A stretch of 64,000 nt of DNA from Macrostomum hystrix (lineage: Eukaryota > Animalia > Platyhelminthes): assembly GCA_950097015.1 (NCBI GenBank), contig CATNEN010000002.1, forward strand, positions 6,386,001 through 6,450,000, written 5' to 3'. The notes below the pieces were generated by a model. It had not been told where the DNA came from and ran no database searches. It saw only the letters and a list, made by a program, of their open reading frames with translations. Positions 1 to 11,872 of the stretch are shown here, piece after piece (positions within the stretch are counted from its first letter, which is position 1; every line of letters begins with the position of its first letter). The position numbers were made by a program, and so were the translations under genes.

Positions 1-446
1 ACGGCCAGCAACGCCAGGCCGGACCGGCTGGGCTCGGAGCTGAAGGCGATGGTGCGGGCGCCGCCCGGCTATCGGCTTGTCGGCGCCGATGTGGACTCGC
101 AGGAGCTGTGGATCGCCTCGCTGGCCGGAGATGCCGAATTTGGCGACTCCCAGGCGGGCAGGCGGCGAATCCACGGTGCCACGGCCGTCAGCTGGATGAA
201 CCTTCGCGGCAGTAAAGCGGAGGGCACCGATCTGCACTCCGTCAGCGCCCGACTCATCAACGTGTCGCGAGAGCACGCCAAGGTGCTGAACTACGCCAGG
301 TTCTACGGCTCCGGCTCCGCGAACATCGCCAAGCTGCTGTGCCAGTTCGACCCGGGACTGGACAAGCGGCTGGCGCTGGACAAGGCCAGGCGGCTGCTCA
401 AGGAGACCAAAGGAGCCAGAACTGCCGGCGTCTGGCAGGGCGGCAG
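1..446 (+). CDS. POLG: DNA polymerase gamma catalytic subunit, internal exon (5' end outside the window); polymerase motifs A and B
   Basis: Frame +1 reads [39 protein letters not shown]...GTDLHS...[15 protein letters not shown]...WQGG, the PolG signature (motif A DVDSQE, motif B REHAK..NY...YG). It ends at an AG|GTGAGC donor at 447 (phase 2). Confidence 0.97.
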
Positions 447-603
447 GTGAGCTGGGATCGGACTGAGTGGGACCCCCAACTCCTCCGACATGCTGCGCGC
501 TGTTGGTTCCGTTTCGAAATTCACAAGAAATCTATTTTTAAACCCGTTTTTAAACCATCTAGGATACCTGATTTATTTATAACTTATTAATTATTTATTT
601 ATG

Positions 604-2246
604 GACCCGATTTCAAACCGATTAGGACCCGATTTCAAACCGATTAGAACCCGATTTCAAACCGATTAGAACCCGATTTCAATCCGATTAGGACCCGATT
701 TCAAACCGATTAGAACCCGATTTCAATCCGATTAGGACCCGATTTCAAACCGATTAGAACCCGATTTCAAACCGATTAGAACCCGATTTCAAACCGATTA
801 GAACCCGATTTCAATCCGATTAGGACCCGATTTCAAACCGATTAGGACCCGATTTCAAACCGATTAGAACCCGATTTCAAACCGATTAGAACCCGATTTC
901 AATCCGATTAGGACCCGATTTCAAACCGATTAGAACCCGATTTCAATCCGATTAGGACCCGATTTCAAACTGATTAGAACCAGATTTCAAACTGATTAGA
1001 ACCCGATTTCAAACTGATTAGAACCATATTTCAAACTGATTAGAACCCTATTTCAAACTGATTAGAACCATATTTCAAACTGATTAGAACCCGATTTCAA
1101 ACCGATTAGGACCCGATTTCAAACCGATTAGAACCCGATTTCAAACCGATTAGGACCCGATTTCAAACCGATTAGAACCCGATTTCAAACCGATTAGAAC
1201 CCGATTTCAATCCGATTAGGACCCGATTTCAAACCGATTAGAACCCGATTTCAATCCGATTAGGACCCGATTTCAAACCGATTAGAACCCGATTTCAATC
1301 CGATTAGGACCCGATTTCAAACTGATTAGAACCATATTTCAAACTGATTAGAACCCGATTTCAAACTGATTAGAACCCGATTTCAAACTGATTAGAAGCA
1401 TATTTCAAACCGATTAGAACCCGATTTCAAACTGATTAGAACCCGATTTCAAACTGATTAGAACCCGATTTCAAACTGATTAGAAGCATATTTCAAACCG
1501 ATTAGAACCCGATTTCAAACTGATTAGGACCCGATTTCAAACTGATTAGAACCCGATTTCAAACTGATTAGAACCCGATTTCAAACTGATTAGAACCCGA
1601 TTTCAAACTGATTAGAACCCGATTTCAAACCGATTAGGACCCGATTTCAAACTGATTAGAACCCGATTTCAAACTGATTAGAACCCGATTTCAAACTGAT
1701 AAGAACCCGATTTCAAACCGATTAGAACCCGATTTCAAACCGATTAGAACCCGATTTCAATCCGATTAGGACCCGATTTCAAACCGATTAGAACCCGATT
1801 TCAATCCGATTAGGACCCGATTTCAAACCGATTAGAACCCGATTTCAATCCGATTAGGACCCGATTTCAAACTGATTAGAACCATATTTCAAACTGATTA
1901 GAACCCGATTTCAAACTGATTAGAACCCGATTTCAAACTGATTAGAAGCATATTTCAAACCGATTAGAACCCGATTTCAAACTGATTAGAACCCGATTTC
2001 AAACTGATTAGAACCCGATTTCAAACTGATTAGAAGCATATTTCAAACCGATTAGAACCCGATTTCAAACTGATTAGGACCCGATTTCAAACTGATTAGA
2101 ACCCGATTTCAAACCGATTAGAACCCGATTTCAAACCGATTAGAACCAGATTTCAAACCGATTAGAACCCGATTTCAAACCGATTAGAACCCGATTTCAA
2201 ACTGATAAGAACCCGATTTCAATCCGATTAGGACCCGATTTCAAAC
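604..2246. repeat. 22-bp minisatellite (ACCCGATTTCAAACCGATTAGA)n in POLG intron, about 74 copies
   Basis: Read directly; includes a 550-bp higher-order duplication (the AGAAGCATATT variant recurs at 1394 and 1944). Confidence 0.97.
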
Positions 2247-2734
2247 ATTTTGAGCACGCTTGTCTAAAAGTTTTTCTATGAGTACATTAAAATCAGAATT
2301 GGCGTAATATAAAAAGATAGACCTTCACTTGTAAGGCCATATAATCCCTCAATAGACGATCATTTTCGACTGCTGTCTGCAGAATACCTGTCAGTGCTCT
2401 CCGAAGGCAATTAATTATCTACACTGCGAGTTACTGTAGGGGAAAGCTAATTAGTAACAATTCCTGCCCTCGAGCCGATGGTGAGTGCAATGAATCTCTG
2501 CCGCCTCCGAAATCTCCAACCACCTCCTCTCTCCCACCGCCCTACCTGCCTCGATTCAATATCCCCGCCCGTGTGTTTAATTAGTCCGAGACCTCTGGCG
2601 TGCAACCCTCCCCCACTTTATCGAGCGGAGAGCGACTGGGAAGTGCTACAGAAAATCTGGTAGGAGTGAGAAAGGGATGTACAGAGTGTGAAAGACAGGA
2701 AAACAGAGGATAGGAAGGGAGAATAGAGGGAAAT

Positions 2735-5500
2735 GATGAGAAGGGAGATCAGAGGGAATTAGAGGATGAGAAGGGAGATCAGAGGGAGTTAGAGGATGAG
2801 AAGGGAGATCAGAGGGAGTTAGAGGATGAGAAGGGAGATCGGAGGGAGTTAGAGGATGAGAAGGGAGATCAGAGGGAGTTAGAGGATGAGAAGGGAGATC
2901 AGAGGGAGTTAGAGGATAAGAAGGGAGATCAGAGGGAGTTAGAGGATAAGAAGGGAGATCAGAGGGAGTTAGAGGATGAGAAGGGAGATCAGAGGGAGTT
3001 AGAGGATAAGAAGGGAGATCAGAGGGAGTTAGAGGATGAGAAGGGAGATCAGAGGGAGTTAGAGGATGAGAAGGGAGATCAGAGGGAGTTAGAGGATGAG
3101 AAGGGAGATCAGAGGGAGTTAGAGGATAAGAAGGGAGATCAGAGGGAGTTAGAGGATGAGAAGGGAGATCAGAGGGAGTTAGAGGATGAGAAGGGAGATC
3201 AGAGGGAGTTAGAGGATGAGAAGGGAGATCAGAGGGAGTTAGAGGATAAGAAGGGAGATCAGAGGGAGTTAGAGGATGAGAAGGGAGATCAGAGGGAGTT
3301 AGAGGATAAGAAGGGAGATCAGAGGGAGTTAGAGGATGAGAAGGGAGATCAGAGGGAGTTAGAGGATGAGAAGGGAGATCAGAGGGAGTTAGAGGATAAG
3401 AAGGGAGATCAGAGGGAGTTAGAGGATGAGAAGGGAGATCAGAGGGAGTTAGAGGATAAGAAGGGAGATCAGAGGGAATTAGAGGATGAGAAGGGAGATC
3501 AGAGGGAATTAGAGGATGAGAAGGGAGATCAGAGGGAGTTAGAGGATGAGAAGGGAGATCAGAGGGAGTTAGAGGATGAGAAGGGAGATCAGAGGGAGTT
3601 AGAGGATGAGAAGGGAGATCAGAGGGAGTTAGAGGATGAGAAGGGAGATCAGAGGGAGTTAGAGGATGAGAAGGGAGATCAGATGGGGATAGAGGATGAG
3701 AAGGGAGATCAGATGGGGATAGAGGATAAGAAGGGAGATCAGAGGGAGTTAGAGGATGAGAAGGGAGATCAGAGGGGGTTAGAGGATGAGAAGGGAGATC
3801 AGAGGGAGTTAGAGGATGAGAAGGGAGATCAGAGGGAGTTAGAGGATGAGAAGGGAGATCAGAGGGAGTTAGAGGATGAGAAGGGAGATCAGAGGGAGTT
3901 AGAGGATGAGAAGGGAGATCAGAGGGAGATTGAGGATAAGAAGGGAGATCAGAGGGAGTTAGAGGATGAGAAGGGAGATCAGAGGGAGTTAGAGGATGAG
4001 AAGGGAGATCAGAGGGAGTTAGAGGATGAGAAGGGAGATCAGAGGGGGATAGAGGATGAGAAGGGAGATCAGATGGAGTTAGAGGATGAGAAGGGAGATC
4101 AGAGGGGATAGAGGATGAGAAGGGAGATCAGAGGCGAGAGTCGGTGGAACAGAGGGTGAGAGGCAGAGAAACAGAGGATGAGAAGGGAGATCAGAGGGAG
4201 TTAGAGGATGAGAAGGGAGATCAGAGGGAGTTAGAGGATGAGAAGGGAGATCAGAGGGAGTTAGAGGATAAGAAGGGAGATCAGAGGGAATTAGAGGATG
4301 AGAAGGGAGATCAGAGGGAATTAGAGGATGAGAAGGGAGATCAGAGGGAGTTAGAGGATGAGAAGGGAGATCAGAGGGAGTTAGAGGATGAGAAGGGAGA
4401 TCAGAGGGAGTTAGAGGATGAGAAGGGAGATCAGAGGGAGTTAGAGGATGAGAAGGGAGATCAGAGGGAGTTAGAGGATGAGAAGGGAGATCAGATGGGG
4501 ATAGAGGATGAGAAGGGAGATCAGATGGGGATAGAGGATAAGAAGGGAGATCAGAGGGAGTTAGAGGATGAGAAGGGAGATCAGAGGGGGTTAGAGGATG
4601 AGAAAGGAGATCAGAGGGAGTTAGAGGATGAGAAGGGAGATCAGAGGGAGTTAGAGGATGAGAAGGGAGATCAGAGGGAGTTAGAGGATGAGAAGGGAGA
4701 TCAGAGGGAGTTAGAGGATGAGAAGGGAGATCAGAGGGAGATTGAGGATAAGAAGGGAGATCAGAGGGAGTTAGAGGATGAGAAGGGAGATCAGAGGGAG
4801 TTAGAGGATGAGAAGGGAGATCAGAGGGAGTTAGAGGATGAGAAGGGAGATCAGAGGGGGATAGAGGATGAGAAGGGAGATCAGATGGAGTTAGAGGATG
4901 AGAAGGGAGATCAGAGGGGATAGAGGATGAGAAGGGAGATCAGAGGCGAGAGTCGGTGGAACAGAGGGTGAGAGGCAGAGAAACAGAGGATGAGAAGGGA
5001 GATCAGAGGGAGTTAGAGGATGAGAAGGGAGATCAGAGGGAGTTAGAGGATGAGAAGGGAGATCAGAGGGAGTTAGAGGATGAGAAGGGAGATCAGAGGG
5101 AGTTAGAGGATGAGAAGGGAGATCAGAGGGAGTTAGAGGATGAGAAGGGAGATCAGAGGGAGTTAGAGGATGAGAAGGGAGATCAGAGGGAGTTAGAGGA
5201 TGAGAAGGGAGATCAGAGGGAGTTAGAGGATGAGAAGGGAGATCAGAGGGAGTTAGAGGATAAGAAGGGAGATCAGAGGGAGTTAGAGGATGAGAAGGGA
5301 GATCAGAGGGAGTTAGAGGATAAGAAGGGAGATCAGAGGGAGTTAGAGGATGAGAAGGGAGATCAGAGGGGGATAGAGGATGAGAAGGGAGATCAGATGG
5401 AGTTAGAGGATGAGAAGGGAGATCAGAGGGGATAGAGGATGAGAAGGGAGATCAGAGGCGAGAGTCGGTGGAACAGAGGGTGAGAGGCAGAGAAACAGAG
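2735..5500. repeat. 30-bp purine-rich minisatellite (AGAGGATGAGAAGGGAGATCAGAGGGAGTT)n in POLG intron
   Basis: Read directly; the same spacer GAGAGTCGGTGGAACAGAGGGTGAGAGG interrupts it at about 4136, 4948 and 5460. Confidence 0.97.
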
Positions 5501-6399
5501 GAAGAGACAGGGAGAAAAAAGGATGAGATAGGGAAGAGAACTGAGTGTGAGAAGAGAGAGCAGAGGTTGAATAGCAAAGTTCTAATTAGTGGGTTAGGCA
5601 ATAGCAGTATTATTATGCGTAGTACAGTGTCATTGAGGATAACAACAGTTCCCTGAGCTCTGGGGGCAGTGAGCAGTGGAGGCATTGTGAGCCGATGGTC
5701 AGGAAGCAGGAACCCAAAGCGCCAAAGTCAGTGGGGGTGAGTTTAGCTGAGCTGGTGGAAGTTTTGTTGACTCCACAAAGGCCGGTGCAGTCGCCTCCCC
5801 CACAATAAACCTGATTGAAGAGTCCGGCAGTTCGGCGTGAGTAGATGCTCAAACATGAGTCGAGCGTTTTGTGATTTTCCGCGAAACTCAGACGCTCAGG
5901 TGACTGAGAGAAGCCGCCGTAGCCTCTCTCGCGTGTGGCGGCCGGAGGGTTGGAGTGGCCTGAAGTGCTGCCCGACTGTGGATTTTGTTGGCGAATGAAT
6001 TAATCAGCTTCTCACAATTGCTCTCACTAATAAATTCCCGACTGCGTACAAAGTCATGGTAGAGAGAATTTTCCCGCACGCGTCCCCTACCAGCGTCTCC
6101 TACGCGTCTCCTGCCAACTTTTCACTTCCTGTTATTAAACTTGCTGTTCTGCACATGGCATTTAGGATATATTTTTACATTTGCTAGATTTTTTCACGGC
6201 CGGAAGTTATCATCAATCGATTTCGACAATTATTTCTCGATCGAATCTTAACAAAAAATCTAGACTTTCCCGCTGATCCTACTCGTTAGTAGTGCAAAAT
6301 AAAAACAAGCAGCCCATATGACCCATTGAGCATATATTTCACAATTACTCAATGACCAATAAACACAATGACCCACCAAATCGATGAATTATCAGCAAG

Positions 6400-6945
6400 A
6401 TGACCCTTCATCACAATGACCCTTCATCACAATGACCCTTCATCACAATGACCCTTCATCACAATGACCCTTCATCACAATGACCCTTCATCACAATGAC
6501 CCTTCATCACAATGACCCATCATCAAAATGATCCATCAACACAATGACCCATCAACACAATTACCCTTCAACATAATGACTCATCAACACAATGACCCAT
6601 CAACACAATGACCCATCAACCTAAGGACCCATCAACACAATTACCCTTCAACATAATGACTCATCAACACAATGACTCATCAACATAATGACTCATCAAC
6701 ACAATGACCCATCAACACAATGACCCATCAACACAATGACCCATCAACCTAAGGACCCATCAACACAATGACCCATCAACCTAATGACCCATCAACACAA
6801 TGACGCATCAACACAATGACCCATCAACACAATGACCCATCAACACAATGACCCATCAGCACAATGACACACTGGCCCATCAGCACAATGACCCACTGGC
6901 CCATTAGCACAATGACCCACTGGCCCATCAGCACAATGACCTACT
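6400..6945. repeat. 16-bp repeat (AATGACCCWTCAWCAC)n ending just before the POLG acceptor
   Basis: Read directly. Confidence 0.93.
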
Positions 6946-6962
6946 CTGGTCCCGGTCCGCAG

Positions 6963-7329
6963 CGAGTCGTCCCTATTCAACCACATGGAGCGCATCGCCA
7001 GCCAGTCGGCGCCGCGCACACCGTTCCTCGGCGCCGCGCTCAGCAGCGCCCTACGGGCAGGCAGCACCGGCGGCGACTTCGCCACGTCGCGCATCAACTG
7101 GGTGATCCAGAGCTCCGCAGTGGACTATCTGCACTGTCTGCTGGTGGCCTGCCGTTGGCTCATCGTCAAGTACGACATCGACGCCCGCTTCGCCATCTCC
7201 ATTCACGACGAGGTTCGCTATCTGGTCAGCGAGACTGACTCCATGCGCTTCGCACTGGCGCTGCAGATTGCCAACCTGCTCACCCGGGCCTTCTTCGCCA
7301 GCCGCCTGGGATTCCGGGACCTGCCGCAG
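6963..7329 (+). CDS. POLG: POLG exon with polymerase motif C
   Basis: Acceptor CCGGTCCGCAG| at 6962. The phase-2 join gives [17 protein letters not shown]...[17 protein letters not shown]...[11 protein letters not shown]...[11 protein letters not shown]...DLPQ. Donor CAG|GTGAGG at 7330. Confidence 0.97.
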
Positions 7330-7359
7330 GTGAGGCTTTAGCTGACAGTCTTCTGCACC

Positions 7360-7645
7360 CTCCCATTCTCACCCTTCTGTTCTCCCCTCTCAGCCTCTGT
7401 TCACCTCTCACCCTCTGCTCTCCCCTGTCACCCTCTGTGCTCCTCACCCTCTGTTCTCCCCTCTCACCCTCTGTGCTCCTCACCCTCTGTTCTCCCCTCT
7501 CACCCTCTGTGCTCCTCACCCTCTGTTCTCCCCTGTCACCCTCTGTGCTCCTCACCCTCTGTTCTCCCCTGTCACCCTCTGTGCTCCTCACCCTCTGTTC
7601 TCCCCTGTCACCCTCTGTGCTCCTCACCCTCTGTTCTGCCCTCTC
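7360..7645. repeat. CT-rich 20+16-bp composite repeat (CTCACCCTCTGTTCTCCCCT / CTCACCCTCTGTGCTC) in POLG intron
   Basis: Read directly; it is the inverted counterpart of the 11330-11712 array. Confidence 0.93.
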
Positions 7646-7794
7646 ACACTTTATTTCACCTTTGTTGCTCAGCTCTCCATTATTTTCCATTGCTTCATTC
7701 TCAGCCCTCCTCATCTCGTTTTCGAGCGTAAGAGTGGCTCTGGATCAGTTGACATTCATGAACTGAGTTTTATTACATCTCCCGCCCCGCACAG

Positions 7795-7912
7795 TCCGTG
7801 GCCTTCTTCAGCGGCGTCGACATCGACGTCTGCATGCGCAAGGACCCGCTGGACGACTGCGTCACACCGTCCAACCCAGCCGGACTGCGCGCCGAGTATG
7901 GTATTGAGCCAG
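7795..7912 (+). CDS. POLG: POLG penultimate coding exon
   Basis: Acceptor CCCGCCCCGCACAG|, then [39 protein letters not shown] (conserved SVAFFS-DID-C-RK...TPSNP), then donor CAG|GTGAGT at 7913 (phase 1). Confidence 0.95.
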
Positions 7913-7949
7913 GTGAGTCTCATTATGGGCTGGTCTGTAGCAGGCTTAA

Positions 7950-9010
7950 CTGGACACCTGTGTCTCCTGTTCTCCTACCCCGACACCTGTTCTCCCACCC
8001 AGACACTGTTTCTCCTACCTAGACACCTGTTCTCCTACTCAGACACCTGCTCTCATTTCCAGACACCTGTTCTCCAACGCAGACACCTGTTCTCCAACCC
8101 AGACACCTGTTCTCCTACCCAGACAACTGTTCTCCTACCCAGACACCTGTTCTCCTATTCAGACACATGTTCTCCTACTCAGACACCTGTTCTCCTACTC
8201 AGACACCTGTTCTCCTACTCAGACACCTGTTCTCCTACTCAGACACCTGTTCTCCAACGCAGACACCTGTTCTCCTACTCAGACACCTGTTCTCCTACTC
8301 AGACACCTGTTCTCCAACGCAGACACCTGTTCTCCTACTCAGACACCTGTTCTCCTACTCAGACACCTGTTCTCCAACGCAGACACCTGTTCTCCTACTC
8401 AGACACCTGTTCTCCAACGCAGACACCTGTTCTCCTACTCAGACACCTGTTCTCCTACCCAGACACCTGTTCTCCAACCCAGACGCCTGTTTTCCTACTC
8501 AGACAACTGTTCTCCAACCCAGACACCTGTTCTCCAACCCAGACACTTGTTCTCCTACCCAGACACCTGTTCTCCAACCCAGACACCTGTTCTCCTACCC
8601 AGACACCTGTTCTCCAACCCAGACGCCTGTTATCCTACTCAGACAACTGTTCTCCAACCCAGACACCTGTTCTACAACCCAGACACCTGTTCTCCTACCC
8701 AGACATCTTTTCTCCTACTCAGACACCTGTTCTCCAACCCAGACACATGTTCTCCTACCCAGACACCTGTTCTCCAACCTAGACACCTGTTCTCCAACCC
8801 AGACACATGTTTTCCTACCCAGACACCTGTTCTCCAACCCAGACACCTGTTCTCCTACCCAGACATCTTTTCTCCAACCCAGACACCTGTTCTCCTACCC
8901 AGACATCTTTTCTCCTACTCAGACACCTGTTTTCCTACTCAGACACCTGTTCTCATTTCCAGACACCGGTTCTCCTACTCAGACACCTGTTCTCATTTTC
9001 AGACAGCTTT
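7950..9010. repeat. 20-bp minisatellite (AGACACCTGTTCTCCTACTC)n in POLG intron
   Basis: Read directly. Confidence 0.96.
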
Positions 9011-9063
9011 TTGCATGACTAAATTTACAGAGTTTATGGCATAATTTTATCCTATTTCTGCAG

Positions 9064-9149
9064 GTGTCACCCTAAATATTGACGAGATTCTGAAAGCTAC
9101 AGAAGGACGCCTCGAGAAGAGAACTCAATCAGTCAAACCAGCTGAATGA
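9064..9149 (+). CDS. POLG: POLG final coding exon
   Basis: Acceptor CCTATTTCTGCAG|. The phase-1 join gives G-VTLNIDEILKATEGRLEKRTQSVKPAE-stop (TGA 9147-9149), similar to the vertebrate PolG C-terminus [20 protein letters not shown]. Confidence 0.9.
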
Positions 9150-9363
9150 AGTCACGTGACCTGCAATAGCTATATTTTTCGAGCTAGTTTCCTAACTTTT
9201 TAGCGCTAAGTCATTTCTAAAGCATTTTTATCCTAAAGTTCTTACAAATTTGTGTTTTCCAAGCATTTCTGATTAAAAAAACAATCTAAAAAAACTTGTG
9301 GTTTAAAATATATGACAGCTGACAAAGTTTGACAAGTCAGCTAGTCTGATTGTGTATTTTTTT

Positions 9364-9369
9364 AATAAA
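9364..9369 (+). terminator. Candidate polyadenylation signal for POLG
   Basis: AATAAA 215 nt after the stop, in AT-rich sequence; a second AATAAA lies at 9548-9553. Confidence 0.55.
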
Positions 9370-9398
9370 ATCTTATGATATTCACACCTGATTTGCGT

Positions 9399-9404
9399 TT
9401 TATT
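9399..9404 (-). terminator. Candidate polyadenylation signal for the TNFAIP8-like gene
   Basis: The first minus-strand AATAAA (plus-strand TTTATT) I found scanning downstream of the TNFAIP8-like stop at 11873. Confidence 0.35.
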
Positions 9405-9679
9405 TCAATCAATCTGACTATAAAATGAAAATAGGATCATCTCCAGTTGATTTCTTTAAGAGTAGAAAGCAAGCAATACGAACCTATTTGAATTAGATAT
9501 TGTACGGACATATTGAACTGACAAATCACAAAAGGGAACAGCTGAATAATAAAATTGCGGATTCACTGCATTCCAACTTTCTGGGCGTTTGATAGAAACT
9601 TTCGGGTTTCGGAAGTGACATTTCGGGTTTTGGTAGTGAAATTTCAGATCTCGAAGAAGAAAATCCTAGTTTTGGAAAG

Positions 9680-10762
9680 AAGTTTCGGGTTTCGGAGACA
9701 AATTTCGGGTTTCGGAGATAAGTTTCGGGTTTCGGATATTAGTTTCGGGTTTCGGAGACAAGTTTCGGGTTTCGGAGATAAGTTTCGGGTTTCGGATATT
9801 AGTTTCGGGTTTCGGATATTAGTTTCGGGTTTTGGAGGCAAGTTTCGGGTTTCGGAGACCAGTTTCGGGTTTCGAAGACAAGTTTCGGGTTTCGGAGACA
9901 AGTTTCGGGTTTCGGAGACAAGTTTCGGGTTTCGGAGACAAGTTTCGGGTTTCGGAGACCAGTTTCGGGTTTCGGAGACAAGTTTCGGGTTTCGGAGACA
10001 AGTTTCGGGTTTCGGAGACCAGTTTCGGGTTTCGGAGACAAGTTTCGGGTTTCGGAGACAAGTTTCGGGTTTCGGAGACAAGTTTCGGGTTTCGGAGACA
10101 AGTTTCGGGTTTCGGATATTAGTTTCGGGTTTCGGAGACAAGTTTCGGGTTTCGGATATTAGTTTCGGGTTTCGGAGACAAGTTTCGGGTTTCGGATATT
10201 AGTTTCGAGTTTTGGAGGCAAGTTTCGGGTTTCGGAGACCAGTTTCGGGTTTCGAAGATAAGTTTCGGGTTTCGGAGACAAGTTTCGGGTTTCGGAGACA
10301 AGGTCCGGGTTTCGGAGACAAGGTTCGGGTTTCGGAGACAAGTTTCGGGTTTCGGAGACAAGTTTCGGGTTTCGGAGATAAGTTTCGGGTTTCGGAGACA
10401 AGTTTCGGGTTTCGGAGACAAGTTTCGGGTTTCGGAGACAAGTTTCGGGTTTCGGAGACAAGTTTCGGGTTTCGGAGACAAGTTTCGGGTTTCGGATATT
10501 AGTTTCTGGTTTCGGAGACAAGTTTCGGGTTTCGGAGACAAGTTTCGGGTTTCGGAGATAAGTTTTTAGTTTCGGAGACAAATTTCGGGTTTCGAAGATA
10601 AGTTTCGGGTTTCGGAGACAAGTTTCGGGTTTCGGAGACAAGTTTCGGGTTTCGGATATTAGTTTCTGGTTTCGGAGACAAGTTTCGGGTTTCGGAGACA
10701 AGTTTCGGGTTTTGGAGGCAGGTTTCGGGTTTCGGAGACCAGTTTCGGGTTTCGGAGACAAA
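9680..10762. repeat. 20-bp minisatellite (AGTTTCGGGTTTCGGAGACA)n
   Basis: Read directly. Confidence 0.96.
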
Positions 10763-11329
10763 GTTCCGTCATTGATTTATGCAACACATACATCAGGAAA
10801 ATTGCATAAAATCATTAAAAAGCAAATGGAATAAAATATTTCAGAATGGAATTGCTTATGCTGGACAATGTGATGGACAAACAATGAGTAGCAATAAAAT
10901 ATATACTTCTCAAAGTAGACTGCAGGCGAGCTTTGAAAATGCAAACACTACAACAGAAATATTGAAACACACAAAATGATATATTCGCAGATGCAGTAAT
11001 AACAGCACTGTTGTGCGCTGTGTGAGTTGAGTCTGTTGAGCCTTGTGATTAATAAACTGCAATTGTTCGATGCACATAAAAAATCCAATAAGCTCGACAA
11101 TATATCCATCTAGATAATCAAAGGAAAACAGCAAGTATGATATATCAAATTGTGTAGCCAAATAAGATAATACGATACCCACAAATGTTCGACCATTGTT
11201 AATAATAAGGCTAAGCTATGCTCAACTCACAGGGACGGTCGTGCCTTGCCGGTGTCAGGGTCCGCGAGTTGTTATGATACATTTACTGAGTAAGAGTATA
11301 AGATGCGGCTGGCATTTGGGGCGATCTGG

Positions 11330-11712
11330 GGAGAGGGTGAGAGAGGAGAACAGAAGGTGAGAGGGGAGAACAGAAGATGAGAGGAGAACAGAGGGTGAGA
11401 GGGGTGAACAGAGGGTGAGAGGGGAGAACAGAGGGTGAGAGGGGGGAACAGAGGGTGAGAGGGGGAAGAGAGGGTGAGAGGGGAGAACAGAGGGTGGGAG
11501 TGGGGAACAGAAGGTGAGAGGGGGGAACAGAAGATGAGAGGAGAACAGAGGGGGAACAGAGGGTGAGAGGGGAGAACAGAGGGTGAGAGGGGAGAACAGA
11601 AGGTGATAGGGGAGAACAGAAGGTGAGAGGGGGGAACAGAAGATGAGAGGAGAACAGAGGGTGAGAGGGGAGAACAGAGGGGGGACAGAGTGTGAGAGGG
11701 GAGAGCAGAGAT
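11330..11712. repeat. GA-rich 20-bp repeat (GAGGGTGAGAGGGGAGAACA)n
   Basis: Read directly; reverse complement of the 7360-7645 unit. Confidence 0.93.
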
Positions 11713-11872
11713 TAAGTGGAAATAACAGCTGGTAGGTGGTCAGTGCGAAGGTTCAAATCTAGGTCGAAAAGCGATATCATGGATCTGTATAAGCTGGACT
11801 AAAACTGGACAAGCTGGACTGGCTACACCTGCTGAATATGAGTATCCGGGTCCCCTATGCAGGAATCGAGCC

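Noticed and set aside
2735-5435. Long charged ORFs (RELEDEKGDQ)n resembling a coiled-coil protein
   Set aside because: They come from a 30-bp unit that lacks a stop in one frame, lie inside a well-supported POLG intron, are broken by 1-bp deletions, and have no in-frame start before the array.
9680-10762. Interstitial telomere (TTTCGGG-like)
   Set aside because: The true period is 20 bp with a GAGACA spacer, and there are no TTAGGG runs.
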